Assembly (NCBI GenBank): GCA_020536535.1
Contig: JAHLWZ010000373.1
Coordinates: forward strand, 1 to 64,000
Source: Pelomyxa schiedti
Lineage: Eukaryota > Protista > Evosea
Length of the DNA stretch: 64,000 nucleotides
Direction of reading: 5' to 3'
The notes below the pieces were generated by a model, which searched no databases, was not told the origin of the DNA, and saw only the letters and a list, made by a program, of their open reading frames with translations. Within the stretch, counting starts at the first letter, position 1. Each line of letters begins with the position of its first letter. The translations under genes were made by a program, and so were the position numbers. Of the stretch, positions 35,493-53,911 are shown piece by piece.

Positions 35493-36286
35493 TGATGTTG
35501 CAGTCAGTGGTTTTGTGTGTTGTGGACTAGACTCTGGAATGAGGACCCAACCTGGCTCAAGAGATCAACATCTGGAATAGCACGATAGCAGTTAGCACCT
35601 GCAACGACAACCAGAGTAAATAAGAATAATAGATACCCAAAGTAATCCCTCTTTCTTGCCTAGAAGGCCCCAGATCACTACATTTTGGGCTGTAATTGGC
35701 AAATTGCATGTCAGATATCCAACAGGTATCCTAAGTTGTTTTTAAGTTAATACTTTGGATATACATAATTGCGCTACCTTTGCAACTAAGTCGACTGTTT
35801 TTTGTGGGAAGGATGTAGACTAGAAAGTCACGATGAGTTGGAAGAAGATTTCATTGATAGATGTAGCGGTCGAGGGTCTTCTAAAGGAATAAAGTGGGAT
35901 AACTTTGGGTGCCTGTTATTCTCCATTTTCTCGGGTTATCATTCATGCTGCAGGTGTTCCCTGACGTCACGACTATCATGCCATTCCAGTTAGTAGATCT
36001 TCTGGCACAGGTTGGTCTCTCATCCAGTCATTGTGTGCGTAGGGTTAAAAGTTGACAGTGTTGTTGCTGAGCGTCATAGTCAACTATGAATAAAGTCTTC
36101 GTCCAACTCATCTTGTCTTTAGTTCCTCACCATTAACAGTTCAAACACTCAAGTCACACATCTGCAACCCTACCTCCTCCACAGCTTGCTCCTTTGGTTC
36201 AACCAAACTGCAAACTTTTTTCCCGTTGTTTCGCGGATTTGGTCTCACCATTGGTTTTTTTTGAAATGGGATTTTGTTGCACCGCT

Positions 36287-39200
36287 TCAGTGTGTGAACT
36301 TGCTGCGATGGTGCTTGGATCGATCTTTACATTTATGACCCTTGGGGCACTTTGTTTTGGTGTGTGGCTGAAGGATAGCTATTGGGTAGACTGGTGGGTA
36401 TGTGGTAGTTGTTTTTGGTGGGGTGTAGCCATAGTCGTCAGGTTCCACGAGCTCGTCGTTGTATGTGACTGTTGCTCCATAGTGTATCACGTAGTACGGG
36501 AGTATCTGGTCTGTTTGTTGGTTTGATGGGAATGTGTGAATGAATCGGCCGCCGTTAGGTCAAGGATTGAAGGAGCTTGGGAAACGAACCGGAATCGAAA
36601 ATGATTATCTCAGTTTTGTCAGGAGATATGTGTGAATCATATCCGGGAACTTTGGCCGCTCCATCCTGAGGATGGTTATTTATTTGTAATATAGACAGTA
36701 AACAGAAACGTGACCATTCTATCCGTGCATAGAAACGGCTTGCCAAGAAGTACTTGGGCAAGAAGGAACTTTGATCCGCTTCTTACATAGCCCATACTGA
36801 GGCTGGGGAATTCCGAAAAATCTATGTATGATCCACGTTATTCCACTATGTCGAGTTTGAACGAAAGTTACAGATGCCGGCACCCCACCAGCCAGAATCA
36901 GTCGAGCTACCAACGTAACGGAGTTGGAAGTTATTGCGTACAATAGAGGTCTGGTCATATTGGGGTTAGGAGAAAAGTTGTGTATTGTGAAAGGTACAAT
37001 GTTTTCCTCTGCTGTTCCATGGAAAACTAGTATGGGGTTTGTCTCTGACCATGGCATTTTAGTGGCTAATTGCGCTCTTTTTCTTCGAAAAGCCTTGTTT
37101 ACAGTGAGTGACGAATGCTTGAGTGTTATTACTTTTTTACCTTAACATGTGGAGGATTCACTTTCAAGAAGAAATTTTGGTTTAGTTTGAATTTATGTGT
37201 TGGTTATTCCTTACCAATGTACTCAACTTTCGTAACCTAATTGAGTGAACAGGGGAAACAAGATAAAAATGATAACATACCTTGAAGTTGGTGTTGTTTG
37301 CAATTAAACGATAAAATTGGGATTCTGCCGTACGAAAATGCATCTACAAAATGTAAGGAATTCGTAGCACGTTTTAAAGGGTACCTGGCCACTGTTAATG
37401 TCCCCAAAAGAAGCAGTTTTAAAAAAAATTCATTTGTAAAGTCGGAAGATTACGCTGTATTGCTAAAGTGACGTTCTGGATGTAGCGTGAAAATTCTCAG
37501 GGTGTCTCCCTCAAGAGCCTTGACGCGAATTTTGGTTATTTTTAGAGACATGATTGTACCTCTTTTTCTCCTGGTAAGTACTGGATTTCCTCTTGGCCTC
37601 CACTCTTCTCAAGTTCTCTCCTAAGCAATAATGTAACTGAATACAACTGGAGGAAACAAACGCTTTTTTTTCAGCTTCTTCCTTCTCCCGGAGAAGTAGC
37701 TTGATTATTTCTGCTTGGGATTGTGCTTCCGCTTCCGCTCTGTGTAAATTGATGAGACCATTTAATAGAATAGAGTTCTAACTTTCTCCTTTGTGCTTCA
37801 GCTTCATTAGCCTGTCTGAATGCCGAGTCTATTTCTCGGGCTATTTGTTGGTCAGCTCGTTCCTTTTCCCTCTGCTCCCTGCAGGTAGTCACTCATTCAG
37901 TTCTTAGTCTCCCAAGGTTGTTGGAATGACCTTTCATTTTTTTCTCGCTCTTGTTGTTCTATTCTCTTGGCAGCAAGAGCGTCAGCCTCAATTTTGGCCA
38001 ATCGTTCCCTTTTTTTTTTTAGATTTGATATTAGAGTATTTATTTTGCACTTTTCCATTTGCTGGAGTGCCCTTTGAGAATCAGCTCTCTCCTTCTATAG
38101 AAATGTTAATCATGTAAAAGTAGTCTGCTTGAAAGTACTTCAAGCCTCCATCTAGTGACATTAGGGTCTTCAACCGGACTTGTTGGACTTGGACTTGTCG
38201 TAGTTGGGCTTGTCGTGCTTGGGGTTGTGCTTAGTGCAGGAGGGGTCGATTTTGGTGTGCTAGTGATGGGTGGGGAGGTGACATTAGGTTCAGGTGTTGA
38301 ACTCAATGACAAACAGTAGTCTAAAGCACGTTCTGTATCCATATTGAAAGACTTCAGAACTAGCAAAATTCGTTCTGGTTTTAAACTGGATAATTTAATT
38401 CCAAAGGATAGTGTAATTGGAAATAACCTGGGTATACATTCCAAAATTGAGTCAACGCTCTTTTGAACTTCAGGAGGAATTTTCTGTGGTACCTTTTTTG
38501 GTTATTTACAAAATCAATTCAAACAAGGGGGAACATACTGGTGCTGGAGGTGGCTTTGACAAGCAGGTATTAACGTGGTCGTCTATCTAAGACTGAATGA
38601 GGTGCAATTCTTGCAATAAGGTACCATACCACTGTTGCTGCAAAACTGGCTCCACAAATAGGGCACTGACATTGCGGAGAGGGAACAGACACCTGGGTTG
38701 CCGACTGAGGGAGAATTTTAGTTGGTTGTGGAAGAGGGGTTGGAGAGGTAGAGGTCACAGTGGTCGACGCAGTAGCTGATGTAGACGCCGCAGATGCCGA
38801 TGTTGGCATTAGTGTTGTGGAGTTTGGTGAGGGTGGGGAGGTTGGTGTGGGTGGCTGTACTGCTGTCGCGGTTTTAGGTGTGCTCGTGGGCGATTGCTGT
38901 ATTGCCTTCAGAGCTGCTTCCTGTTGTTGGATAATCTGGAGCCAGAGTGGTACTGGTCCAAGTGACGTTGGTGCATTGGATCCTTGTGACACTGTAGTTG
39001 ATGACGAAGGTTGAGCCGCGGAGGTCTGTGCTGTCACTGGTGGCAGACTTGTTGGGGTAGCTGCAGCTGACACTGCCGTTATTTTCTGTGATGTTGTTTG
39101 GATTGGAGGTGATATAGTAGCTACTGTTGATGTGGATGAAGGGGTGGAGGTAGGTAGTTGTGCCAGTGTTGGTGTTGGTAATACTGTGTTTGAAAGAGGA

Positions 39201-39783
39201 GCTGGGATGTGTGCAGGGGATTGGGCCACTGGAATTTGTGCTAGATTTGGTGCTGGTGGTGTTTTGGCAGGTGTGTTTGTAGGGAGTGCCAGGGATGTTG
39301 GTGTTGGTGTTGGTGTTGTTGATACTAATGGGGATGTGGGAGCTGTTGGTGTGGTGTTTTTAGGTGGTTCTGGTTGCGGTTTCACAGTTTGTGTTGCAGG
39401 TACATGGATTGGTTCCTGGGATGGAGGTGTGGCAATGACAGTTACACCAGATGCTGGTGTAATTTGGGAAGTTGGCACTAGAGTTGGGGTTACAACAGAC
39501 GTTTGAACCCCAACAAGAGTGCTGAGTGCTGAAGAAGAAGAACTGTTTGTTGGTGAAGGTGTCTAAAGATGGTGTAAAAAAACAAAACGGCTCCCAGATA
39601 TACATCTATAAAAAAAGAAAAAAAAACTCACAAAGAGAACGTTCAAGACATCGTCATTAGAGGGCTTCTTATGAGCACTAACGCTTGACAACTGCTTTGT
39701 ACGTCAAAAGTAGGGGGAAAAAAAAGTATGCAGAGCACCTTAGACCCCAGCAGATCCAAAAATGACCCATCGGCGCTTGTCAT
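36287..39783 (-). CDS. PARP-family ADP-ribosyltransferase with a P/T/S-rich N-terminus, UBZ zinc finger, CUE domain and C-terminal PBZ finger
   Basis: Spliced motifs CPICGASFAATIDDHVNTCL (UBZ), ILECIPSLKPERILLVLKSFNMDTERALDYCL (CUE), LVFHGTAEENI..GWWGAGIYFSEFPSLSMGY..LLAQVLLGK..GYDSHISPDKTEIIIF..QILPYYVIHY (PARP catalytic, H-Y-E) and KCPKGHKCKDRSKHHRSKFTH (PBZ). Confidence 0.85.
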
Positions 39784-39970
39784 TCTGTTTGCTTGCGCTG
39801 GCGTTCTTCCCCTTTTCAGCACTGCCTAACGATCACAACGGGTGGGATTCTTGTTAGAATTAAGATTTAATTCTCTTTGAGAACTGTTTCGGAAACTGTG
39901 GGCAACAACACTCTATACTCTAAAACTGTTTAAGGAACGAGGAGCTGTGTTTTCCTGCACTTTTTTCTTT

Positions 39971-40480
39971 TCACGAAAAGCACTCGGCTTTAGAGTCCGT
40001 AACGAACTCAAGGTAGTCGAACAGCAGGCCCTGAGAGCCCGACACCCTTGCCCAGGCCACATTCGGAATCGAGAATGTGCAGTTCTGCGGCGCCGAAGTG
40101 ACGCCCTCGTCCACTACCCACCACGACACGGTCTGCTGCGCCCCGGGCAGCACCACACTGGCCACCTGCCGGCTGCTGAAGTCCGTCCGATGGTCGCTGA
40201 CTATCCCGTCCCACACGTGGCAGAACTCGTCCGGCGTCATCGCGTAGCCGGCGGACAGGACCTGCGCGTCGGGCGTGAACGCGGCAGACAGCGCGTCGCA
40301 CTGCTCGGGCGTCGGGGCCGGCGGGGCGCCGTCGTGCGCCGCGTGCACCGCCGACTCGAACTGCGACGCCAGCGCCGATATCTGGGCGTACGTGTACATG
40401 GACGCGTCGGCCGTGTGCTGCAGTTGCACCGCCGCCAAAATAACTACTATCCCACAAGCGCAAAGTGCTTGCCACGACAT
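39971..40480 (-). CDS. Intronless secreted small protein, probable NTF2/SnoaL-like fold
   Basis: 169-aa GC-rich ORF with an N-terminal signal peptide, a DALSAAFTPDA motif, C-terminal beta-strand pattern and 4 Cys in the mature part. Confidence 0.6.
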   Translation of the reverse strand: MSWQALCACGIVVILAAVQLQHTADASMYTYAQISALASQFESAVHAAHDGAPPAPTPEQCDALSAAFTPDAQVLSAGYAMTPDEFCHVWDGIVSDHRTDFSSRQVASVVLPGAQQTVSWWVVDEGVTSAPQNCTFSIPNVAWARVSGSQGLLFDYLEFVTDSKAECFS

Positions 40481-40573
40481 CCCTCCACCTTGACGAAATA
40501 AATTTAAAGATTAATTCGTTGGGTTCAACGAAAAACACTAGATTTCTTAATAAATTACATATCACACAGCTAG

Positions 40574-42157
40574 TTAGGCTCCTAGCTTGTACTGTGAGGT
40601 AATGCATCTGGATCCTTGCTCATCGTATTGGTTCTTCAGTACAAAGAACCCATCTCTGTCTGCCATGATCTCAGCAAGTACACGTCCCCCTATAAATATT
40701 TGCTGTAGAAAAGAGATTGGAAAAAAGAAGGGACGGATTAGTGTGCAAGTAAAATGAGGTAGAGTAGAGATACATTTCGGCGATAAGAAGCAGATTCCAC
40801 AACTGTACGGAATCGTTTGCAATTTTTCTCGCACAAATTGCTAAAGTCCTGTTCAAGTCGTGATTCTACACCAGGAAGCATACTGCTTCCACCACTAATA
40901 TGTGCAATCAGAAAGCGGAGAGAGTGATTTGGGAATTACCTTAGAACAATGTGTTGTGAGAGACTAAATTGGACATCACTAGGAGCAGCGCAGAGGGAGT
41001 TGAATAACTTGGCGGCAATTCCGGGACAGTCTTTTTCCATTAAAGATGGCTGGAAGAGAACCTGTACGCAAGCAGTCATTAAATGATACGGATCCCAGAA
41101 TCGAACCTCGGCTGCCCAGTACCTTTCCTTGTCCGCTTTAATTACACGGCCATCAGGGAGTGCAAATTTCGCGAGATTAGTAATGGTTCCATATGATAAT
41201 TCATCTTCTTCAAGCGGGTTGTGCGAACAATAACACAGCTTCTCTTTGATTTGCCTCACTGCAAGGAGCATTAGTACCATTTCCTTTATCTGTGGAGAGA
41301 AACCAATCTCTTGATCTGCAGCTCTCTGGAATGGGTAACCTCGTAACATCAACAGCTTTGTGAGGTGGTTTGTCACGTCTTGCCCCGAAATATCAATGGT
41401 GGGAACGTTACTCAACGGGACAGATTCATATATTGGCATAATGGTTGTTGTACTGTCCCCAATATCAACTGAGACACCTGTAAGTAGGCCCTGAGCATAC
41501 AGTGCCAATGTGGGCTGATTGTATGAGGTGAGTATTAGCACTTTCTTTTCATCATGATACCTGTGGGGCAATGTAGATGCCATCGAATTTGAATCTCTCA
41601 AACATAGTTTCCACCATTTTCTGCCTAAAGGGAGTCAACTTTTCGTGCACCAAGTGTAGAAAAACCTTTTGTTTATCGGGTTCAACATTGGTTCAGTCAG
41701 TACAATTCTGGCATATTTGGGAGTGACCCTGAGTTTGTTTTCCAGCATATACTCCCATACGTGACACATGTCCCCCCAGTCATTAATATAACTTTTGAAT
41801 ATGGGATGGGACAGTGTCAGTTTAGTAGAATATTCCATAGCTTCATCACCCACAAAGAACTCAGGCATTGTCCTAATTAGGCACTATGAGATACCCCAAA
41901 TTAAAAAAAACCCACACACCCAAGTTCCTCATCAGTGCTGTGCAGTGGTCTTCCAATAACAGTGCGAAACTAATAAATATAAGAACGAAAGTACAAGAGG
42001 GAAATTTTACAATTGCATCAGGACATGGCAGAGTCATGTGCCTCAGGCGGCCACACTTGATTGAGTCTTCATCAAACGTTAGGTACTGAATTATGGGAAT
42101 GATAGAACGCATACATGTCCCATTATCAACAACTATGACTTGTGGGTTTAATGCCAT
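40574..42157 (-). CDS. Divergent actin-related protein, most like Arp2
   Basis: VVDNGT, VGDEA, NDWGDMCHVW, LTEPMLNP, DIGDS, Arp2-like [44 protein letters not shown]..RLE and [16 protein letters not shown]. Confidence 0.85.
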
Positions 42158-42600
42158 ACAAAATGTGTTGGGAGTCCACACAAATATAAAATGTAGTTGG
42201 CTTTTCAATCAAGCCTTTCAAATGTACACAGTATTTACACCTTGTCGATAATTAAATTAACTTGTTTGTGCTTGGCCACAACAAAAAGCCGTTTGCTTCC
42301 ATTCTCGTCTCCTCCAACTTGATTCGGAGACAAGTTGGGACGCAGCAGCGTATCGTTCAAATCCTGGCTGTACAATCCCGCACCACGGCCCGAGTTATGC
42401 ACGCTGAGCTGCCTCGGGACGAGTCTCAGCCGCTGTTTCGCAAGAGATTCCCGATTCAAATCACCGCAGTTTCCCATTATCCCTTCTTTCTCGAAATTCA
42501 GGGGACGGAGAACGGTGACTTGTGGTGACACACATCGATTGTGACACTTTTTTTTTTTTGTTTCTACTCCCCTTTCGGGTGTCGTTTTGGGGGGGGGAGA

Positions 42601-48497
<5,897 letters not shown>

Positions 48498-48615
48498 AGA
48501 TACATAACCCGAACCCTATCCCTGGTTGTACAATCAAGTTTGTTGTTGTTCCTAGAACTAAAAACCTATCTATCGATTCTATTCTATGAACCCATCAAAA
48601 AATTTCGAATAAACG

Positions 48616-50344
48616 ATGGACGACGAACTGCCGTCCTGGTACGACCACAGCTTGTTTTTGCCCGGCGAGTATCTCGAGGATGAGCAAGAGCAAGAGATAG
48701 AACCCACAATTACACCGCGGGCAGAGAAGGAGATGGAGGACCAGATCGCTGGCCCCGCCGTGGAGCTTCCCCACGAAATCCCTGCCGAGTGGGTGTCTTC
48801 TCGTCCGATTCTCACCACAATCGAGAACGACGAGGAAAGCGGCACACACATTGTGGCGGCGGGAAGAGAAGTAGATTATGGGAAAGGAGTAAAGTTCGAC
48901 TGCGTCTCGGTTTGGACGCCTTCGAATAAGCTGTTGTGGGGACGTTCTCGTTCTCCTTACGTTAATTTATTGGGGTCGTTTCCTTGTTCATTTTTAACAG
49001 TTTAAAAACCAAACGAAAACCAAAAAAACCTAACCTAATACTATGGGGAAATAGGAACTCAAGGAATTCAGACTCACTTGCGGTACCTTGGGATATGCTT
49101 TTCGCAATTCGTGCTCCTCCTAGTGTTACACAGTTTTTCGACAAAGCAATTATTGGAAGATGGTTAGGGTTTGCCCTGGCGCTTGGGGCTACTCACCAAC
49201 GAAAAAAATACCTCCTGCTTCCAGTTCCTGTTATTGAGACTATAGCGTCTTATGCTGCTCAGGCCTTATTGATCCCCATCCGGTTTTCCCTGTCTCAGGT
49301 CACATTGCACCCCTCATTTTTTGGTTTTTGTTTTTTTTACCTGTGACCCATTTCATAGCTTGCACGCGACACATCACTTCCTACTCGCTTAATACAAATA
49401 GCAGCAATGGAAGCTGTATGGCCCCACTGGAAGGACTGGGCCTCTTGTCATTGGACACTGCAACCAATGGCGTTTCCGACAATGGATCAAATTGTGGCCT
49501 TTATTCAGGCTGAAATTGCTCCACATTTTCATTTCTACTATGTCAATAGTCTCCACGCTTTCTTGATTTCCCAGCATGCAGTGGAAGTTACTATTAATGG
49601 TCTTGAACCCTTACTCTTGCAAAATTATTACAAGGCCTGCCTGGCGGGAGAACTTGTATTCAACAGCCAAATTAGTGGATTGTTCAAGTCGTTTGGTGTA
49701 TGCTTTGGCCCCCAGGCAACCGTTGTTGTTGGATCTGGGAGAAAAATTATCAGGCAAGTGTATGACCTGAGAGTTGATGACAAAGTGGCTACCGGCTCAA
49801 AACAATACCCGGTTTCAACAGTGCTATGCACTTGGCGGTACCATCTGCTTTGGTCTTCTCACTACCCTTACGCAAACCGATATCCAGGTGCATTCTCACG
49901 AGCCTTACTCCAGTTTACTCCCTCAAACAGAATGATGGTGCATTGCTTCAAATCACGTTAGACCACCCAATCCGAACTCACGGCAAGTGGTGCCTTCCAT
50001 CCCCGCACTCCCTCTCATACACTAAACAAATACCCTCACACCACAACAACGCCCCCACTTCAGGGTCATCCGCATCCACTTCAGAATCATTGCCGTCACT
50101 AAAACTGGAACTGGAATCCCAACCTGAACCCAAACTGGAGTACCTACCCCCAGGCACAACTGTGTACAACTTTGTGCTTCGGGGGCCCTGCAGAACTCTG
50201 CTTGTTGGTGGCATAAGGTGTTGCACACTGGGGATGGCAGTTCCGAATCACTATGAGCCATTTTGGGGCACTTCCAAAGTCACACAATGGTTGCAGTTGC
50301 ACCCAATGTTCCCAAATGTGGTTACTGTAAAGGCTTGTATTTAA
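48616..50344 (+). CDS. Protein with a C-terminal Vint (Hint-superfamily) domain and an upstream F-box-like motif
   Basis: GVCFGPQATV..DLRVDDKVATG, ITLDHPIRTHGKWCLP, VYNFVL..TLLVGGIRCCTLG and EPFWGT match the Vint pattern. LALGATHQRKKYLLLPVPVIETIA lies upstream. Confidence 0.72.
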
Positions 50345-50556
50345 AAAAGAGTAAATGCCCCCAACCCTGTTGTTACACGGTGCTTTTTCCCCTTTTTCCG
50401 CGTATTGATTTTCTCCCGGACATTTTTCACCCTTGAACGGTCACAGGAGCGCAACCCATGATCACTTTCTGATTCGTATCAACGCAATTATTGGAACAGA
50501 TATTAGCCAAAAAAAATAAACAAATAAACAGCCGTGACAAGAGGGGAGTGAGTGTG

Positions 50557-53546
50557 ATGACTTGTTTACAATCTCTATTCGACCAGTTTGGGGTGAACCT
50601 TTCTTTGTCCCAGCTTTTTTCCTTTGTCACACTGCCCAGTACTTGCTCGCGTTTCGAAAAAAATGTGAGGAAGTATTGACTTCTGTTCGTGCACTCGCTG
50701 AAGCCTCCGTTGGTGCGCCATGTGTTTTGCATTTTTCGAGCCAACCTCCAAAAGGGTTTTCTTCAGCAATGAATAGCCTTGCTTCTTCTGTGGAATCAGT
50801 TTCTGGTGTTATTGAACCACATCCAGCATTTAGTGCGGTATTGGCAGTTACATTTTGCATTCTTACTGGTTTAGATAATGCAGTTGGTTGCTTAGCTACC
50901 ACTCTGAGACTATCGTCATGTTCCGTTCACCAACTGGTTTAAGAGGTGTATTCACTTCAACTCTCTTACCTTCCACAAGATTGCAAAGATTGGCGAGCAC
51001 TTGCAAGGACCAATGGAAAGTTTCGTAAATTATGGGTACAAAGAAACTGAGGTGTTATTTACCTCTTAAAAGTATCAACGAATCCTCTGAAACAATCTAG
51101 GTTGTTTTCAAAAAAGTAAAAGGCCTTGGTCAAGACTTTGAAGTGTTGAATAAAACAAATGTCTCTACCGGTCCTGATCCTTTTGCACAGAGTGGTGGCT
51201 TTGTAAGATACTGTATTTTTATTCCTTTCCAAGTGAGAAAAAAGGAAGCACAAAAAGAGCTTGCCAAAACAGTGCTCGATGAGGCTATGGCGTCTCTTCA
51301 AACTGAAATGCAGAAACTCTCTTCGACTTGCAACACTTCTCTATTAAGATATTTTGGCAACACTGTGCGAGACATTTATGCCTTTTTCAGTAAAGTACTT
51401 TTCTTCATTTATAGTTTCATCCTTACCTCGAAGTAGACAAGTGACAAAGAGTGGAAGTTGGAGGCAGCTCAAAAGACCCAACTTGATTTAGACCTCACTG
51501 CTCTTGGTACTTTCAATAAAAATCCAGAATTTTGTAAACCCACCATTTTTGATGTTTCTAGGTCGTGACCCTGTCATTTGTTCTGGGCATCTAAAAATGC
51601 CTCAAGTAAAAAAAAATGAAGATTTTTTCTTCCGGCTCACTTCTGACTATTTGACGTGGTATTCCATCAATTTGGTTTGTATTTATTCCAACAAGTACCC
51701 ATCTCATGCAGCAGGTTTAGGATTTCAACCCTGCTAATCGTATCACAACTGCAACTTGCACTGCACGTATGGCAATGACAGGAGGCACGGAGTCCAGCAG
51801 ATGCTTTCAAGTTTTTACACCACAGCTTCCCAAACCATTGTTTCTCCAGGTTGGAAGTTATTTTATATTACCCAATATTTATTCCCGAAAAAGGCATCAA
51901 GCAAAATTGAGCGGGATAGATGGATGTCCTGTATTCAGGCCACCTTGGAAGAAGCTATCAATAGCCAACCTGTAGTTAAAAAAGTTGTCCTTCCAAGACT
52001 GGATGCAGTTTCAGTACTTAAAAGTGTTCCAGGCAATGATGTGTGCGCTGACTGTGGTGCAAAAGGTCTCTACCCCTGTTCTCTCCGTGTGCCTATTAAC
52101 GTTTCATAAGACCCAGACTGGTCCAGCATAAATCTGGGCATTATTCTATGCCTAGGTACGAAAACAATAAACAAAAACTATTTCTAAAATATCCTTCAAC
52201 CTAGAATGTTGTGGAATCCACCGAAGTTTTGGAACTAAGATTTCGAAGGTTCGGTCTCTTACACTTGACCAATGGAACAGTCCCGAACTCTTACTTGTAT
52301 GATTAGGTCTACTTTTTTCCCATTTGAATTCATCAGGTTTCCCCTCAACAAACAGTTCATGCAATGTATAGGCAATAGTATAGCCAATAGTATTTATGAG
52401 AGTAAACCGGATTCTGTGCAACAAAAGCCTACCCCTGCAGATCCCAACTCGTATTTTTACTTCTGATTTAATTTCCTTTCTCACTCAAAAACATGGAAAG
52501 CGAGAAATGGAAAGATTGGCTGAAGGCTAAATATTGTGATCGTTCTTTTGTTCAGCCACCATTTGTATCCCACAAGGAGCTTAACACGGTCACTGCCCAG
52601 AACCTTGGCTCCTCTTTTTTTGATTTATGTCATAGCAATTATACGAAATCTGTTCTGCACCAGAATCAAATGTACCAATGATAGTGAAACTCATCACCCA
52701 GGGTGCTGATAGCAATTTCACTTCTTCCAGTGATGAATGTCGATCCTGTTTACATCAATGTAATCTTTACGTTCTCCTTTTTGTTGTACTTACATGTTTG
52801 ATAGCGATTATCAAAGGTCGCCCTGAACATGCCGAGGCACTTCTTCAAGCTTGTTCTCTCTTGACTTCAAAACATCTATAATCTAAACTATCAATAGCGT
52901 GGTGCGGTTGTATACCCATGTGACAAGCGGGGATTTACACCTCTACACTGTGCTGCCTTTTTTAACAGGCCTAAGTGTTGTGCTTTGCTTCTTCGGCATG
53001 GCTTGGTATGCGATTGAACGAAAACAATAATATCTCACCTTCTACGTGCAAGGACGCTGCCGTAACTGATAAATACGGAAATACAGCCCTTGATATTGCA
53101 GTATGGAACGGTAGTAAGGAGACTATCGACGTTCTTAAGGACGTTGTCTCTAATGTAGTCACTCCGTCATTTTGTATCAGCTCATTCTATTACAGAGCCC
53201 TGCTGGACCATGGTCACAACAAGAAGATTGTGGGGCACCACCAAATACCACTGAGTTGCCTCCCTTCTCCGTCCCCCTACCAGTGAACACAGGAGCAAAA
53301 ACTGCCGCTTCTACTACAACTACACCAACAGACATCAAAGCTCTACCCTCCAAGCCAACAAAAACAGTACCAAGACCATCACTCACAACCTCTTCTTCTT
53401 CCACAGCACCACCAGCCGTATCTCAGTCTGACACAACAGTCCCTGTGCTCTCCTCACCAGTTCCAACCGAAAAATGGACATCCCCAGTCGTTCTAGACTC
53501 ACCCAAATCACCACACCATAAACAACCCAAGCCAGAAAATAGCTAG
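50557..53546 (+). CDS. ACAP/centaurin-beta-like ArfGAP: BAR-like coiled coil, PH, ArfGAP, ankyrin repeats and P/T-rich tail
   Basis: Spliced [30 protein letters not shown] (zinc finger plus catalytic Arg), [15 protein letters not shown] end [10 protein letters not shown], and ankyrin GFTPLHCAA / GNTALDIA. Confidence 0.88.
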
Positions 53547-53911
53547 CCATTTAATTAATTATTAAAAATAACAGAGGATCTCAGACCCATTAAAAGAACT
53601 CTGTAACTCCTTGCAGACATAGTGGCTCTTGGAGATTGACTGTTTGGTTCCTTTCACCCAAAAACCAAGATTCTTTTTAAAACCATAAAAACAGCTTTCA
53701 ATATTTTGCATGTCGAATTTTCGTGCTAGTAATTAAGATTCCACTCCTTTTTTGTTTTGCTGTGTTCCTCAATTGATTGATCATGTTTGAAGAGAGTCAA
53801 AGGTGGTTCTGTTGACCATGTATGTGTAGTGTACAGACAGCTGGTGAGGAAAAGATCACCATTCCACTCCAAAGGAACAGGCGACCATAAACCGGAAAGA
53901 ATAAATTCATT

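Larger units (their letters stand above)
33820..36250 (-). pseudogene. Degenerate or chimeric coding region with a CNOT1 CAF1-binding-domain-like fragment and a captured AUDH segment; spans the N gap
   Basis: IERIQFLINNLAPTNLNVK..LRELLKPDYMDYVAQYLVSK resembles the CNOT1 MIF4G start. The surrounding frames carry in-frame stops and shifts. Confidence 0.4.

Noticed and set aside
42235-42530. Short ORFs between the Arp gene and PI3K (e.g. minus-strand MGNCGDLNRES..., 82 aa)
   Set aside because: No homology is recognised and the region is probably a divergent promoter/UTR. The MGNC start is suggestive of lipidation but unsupported.
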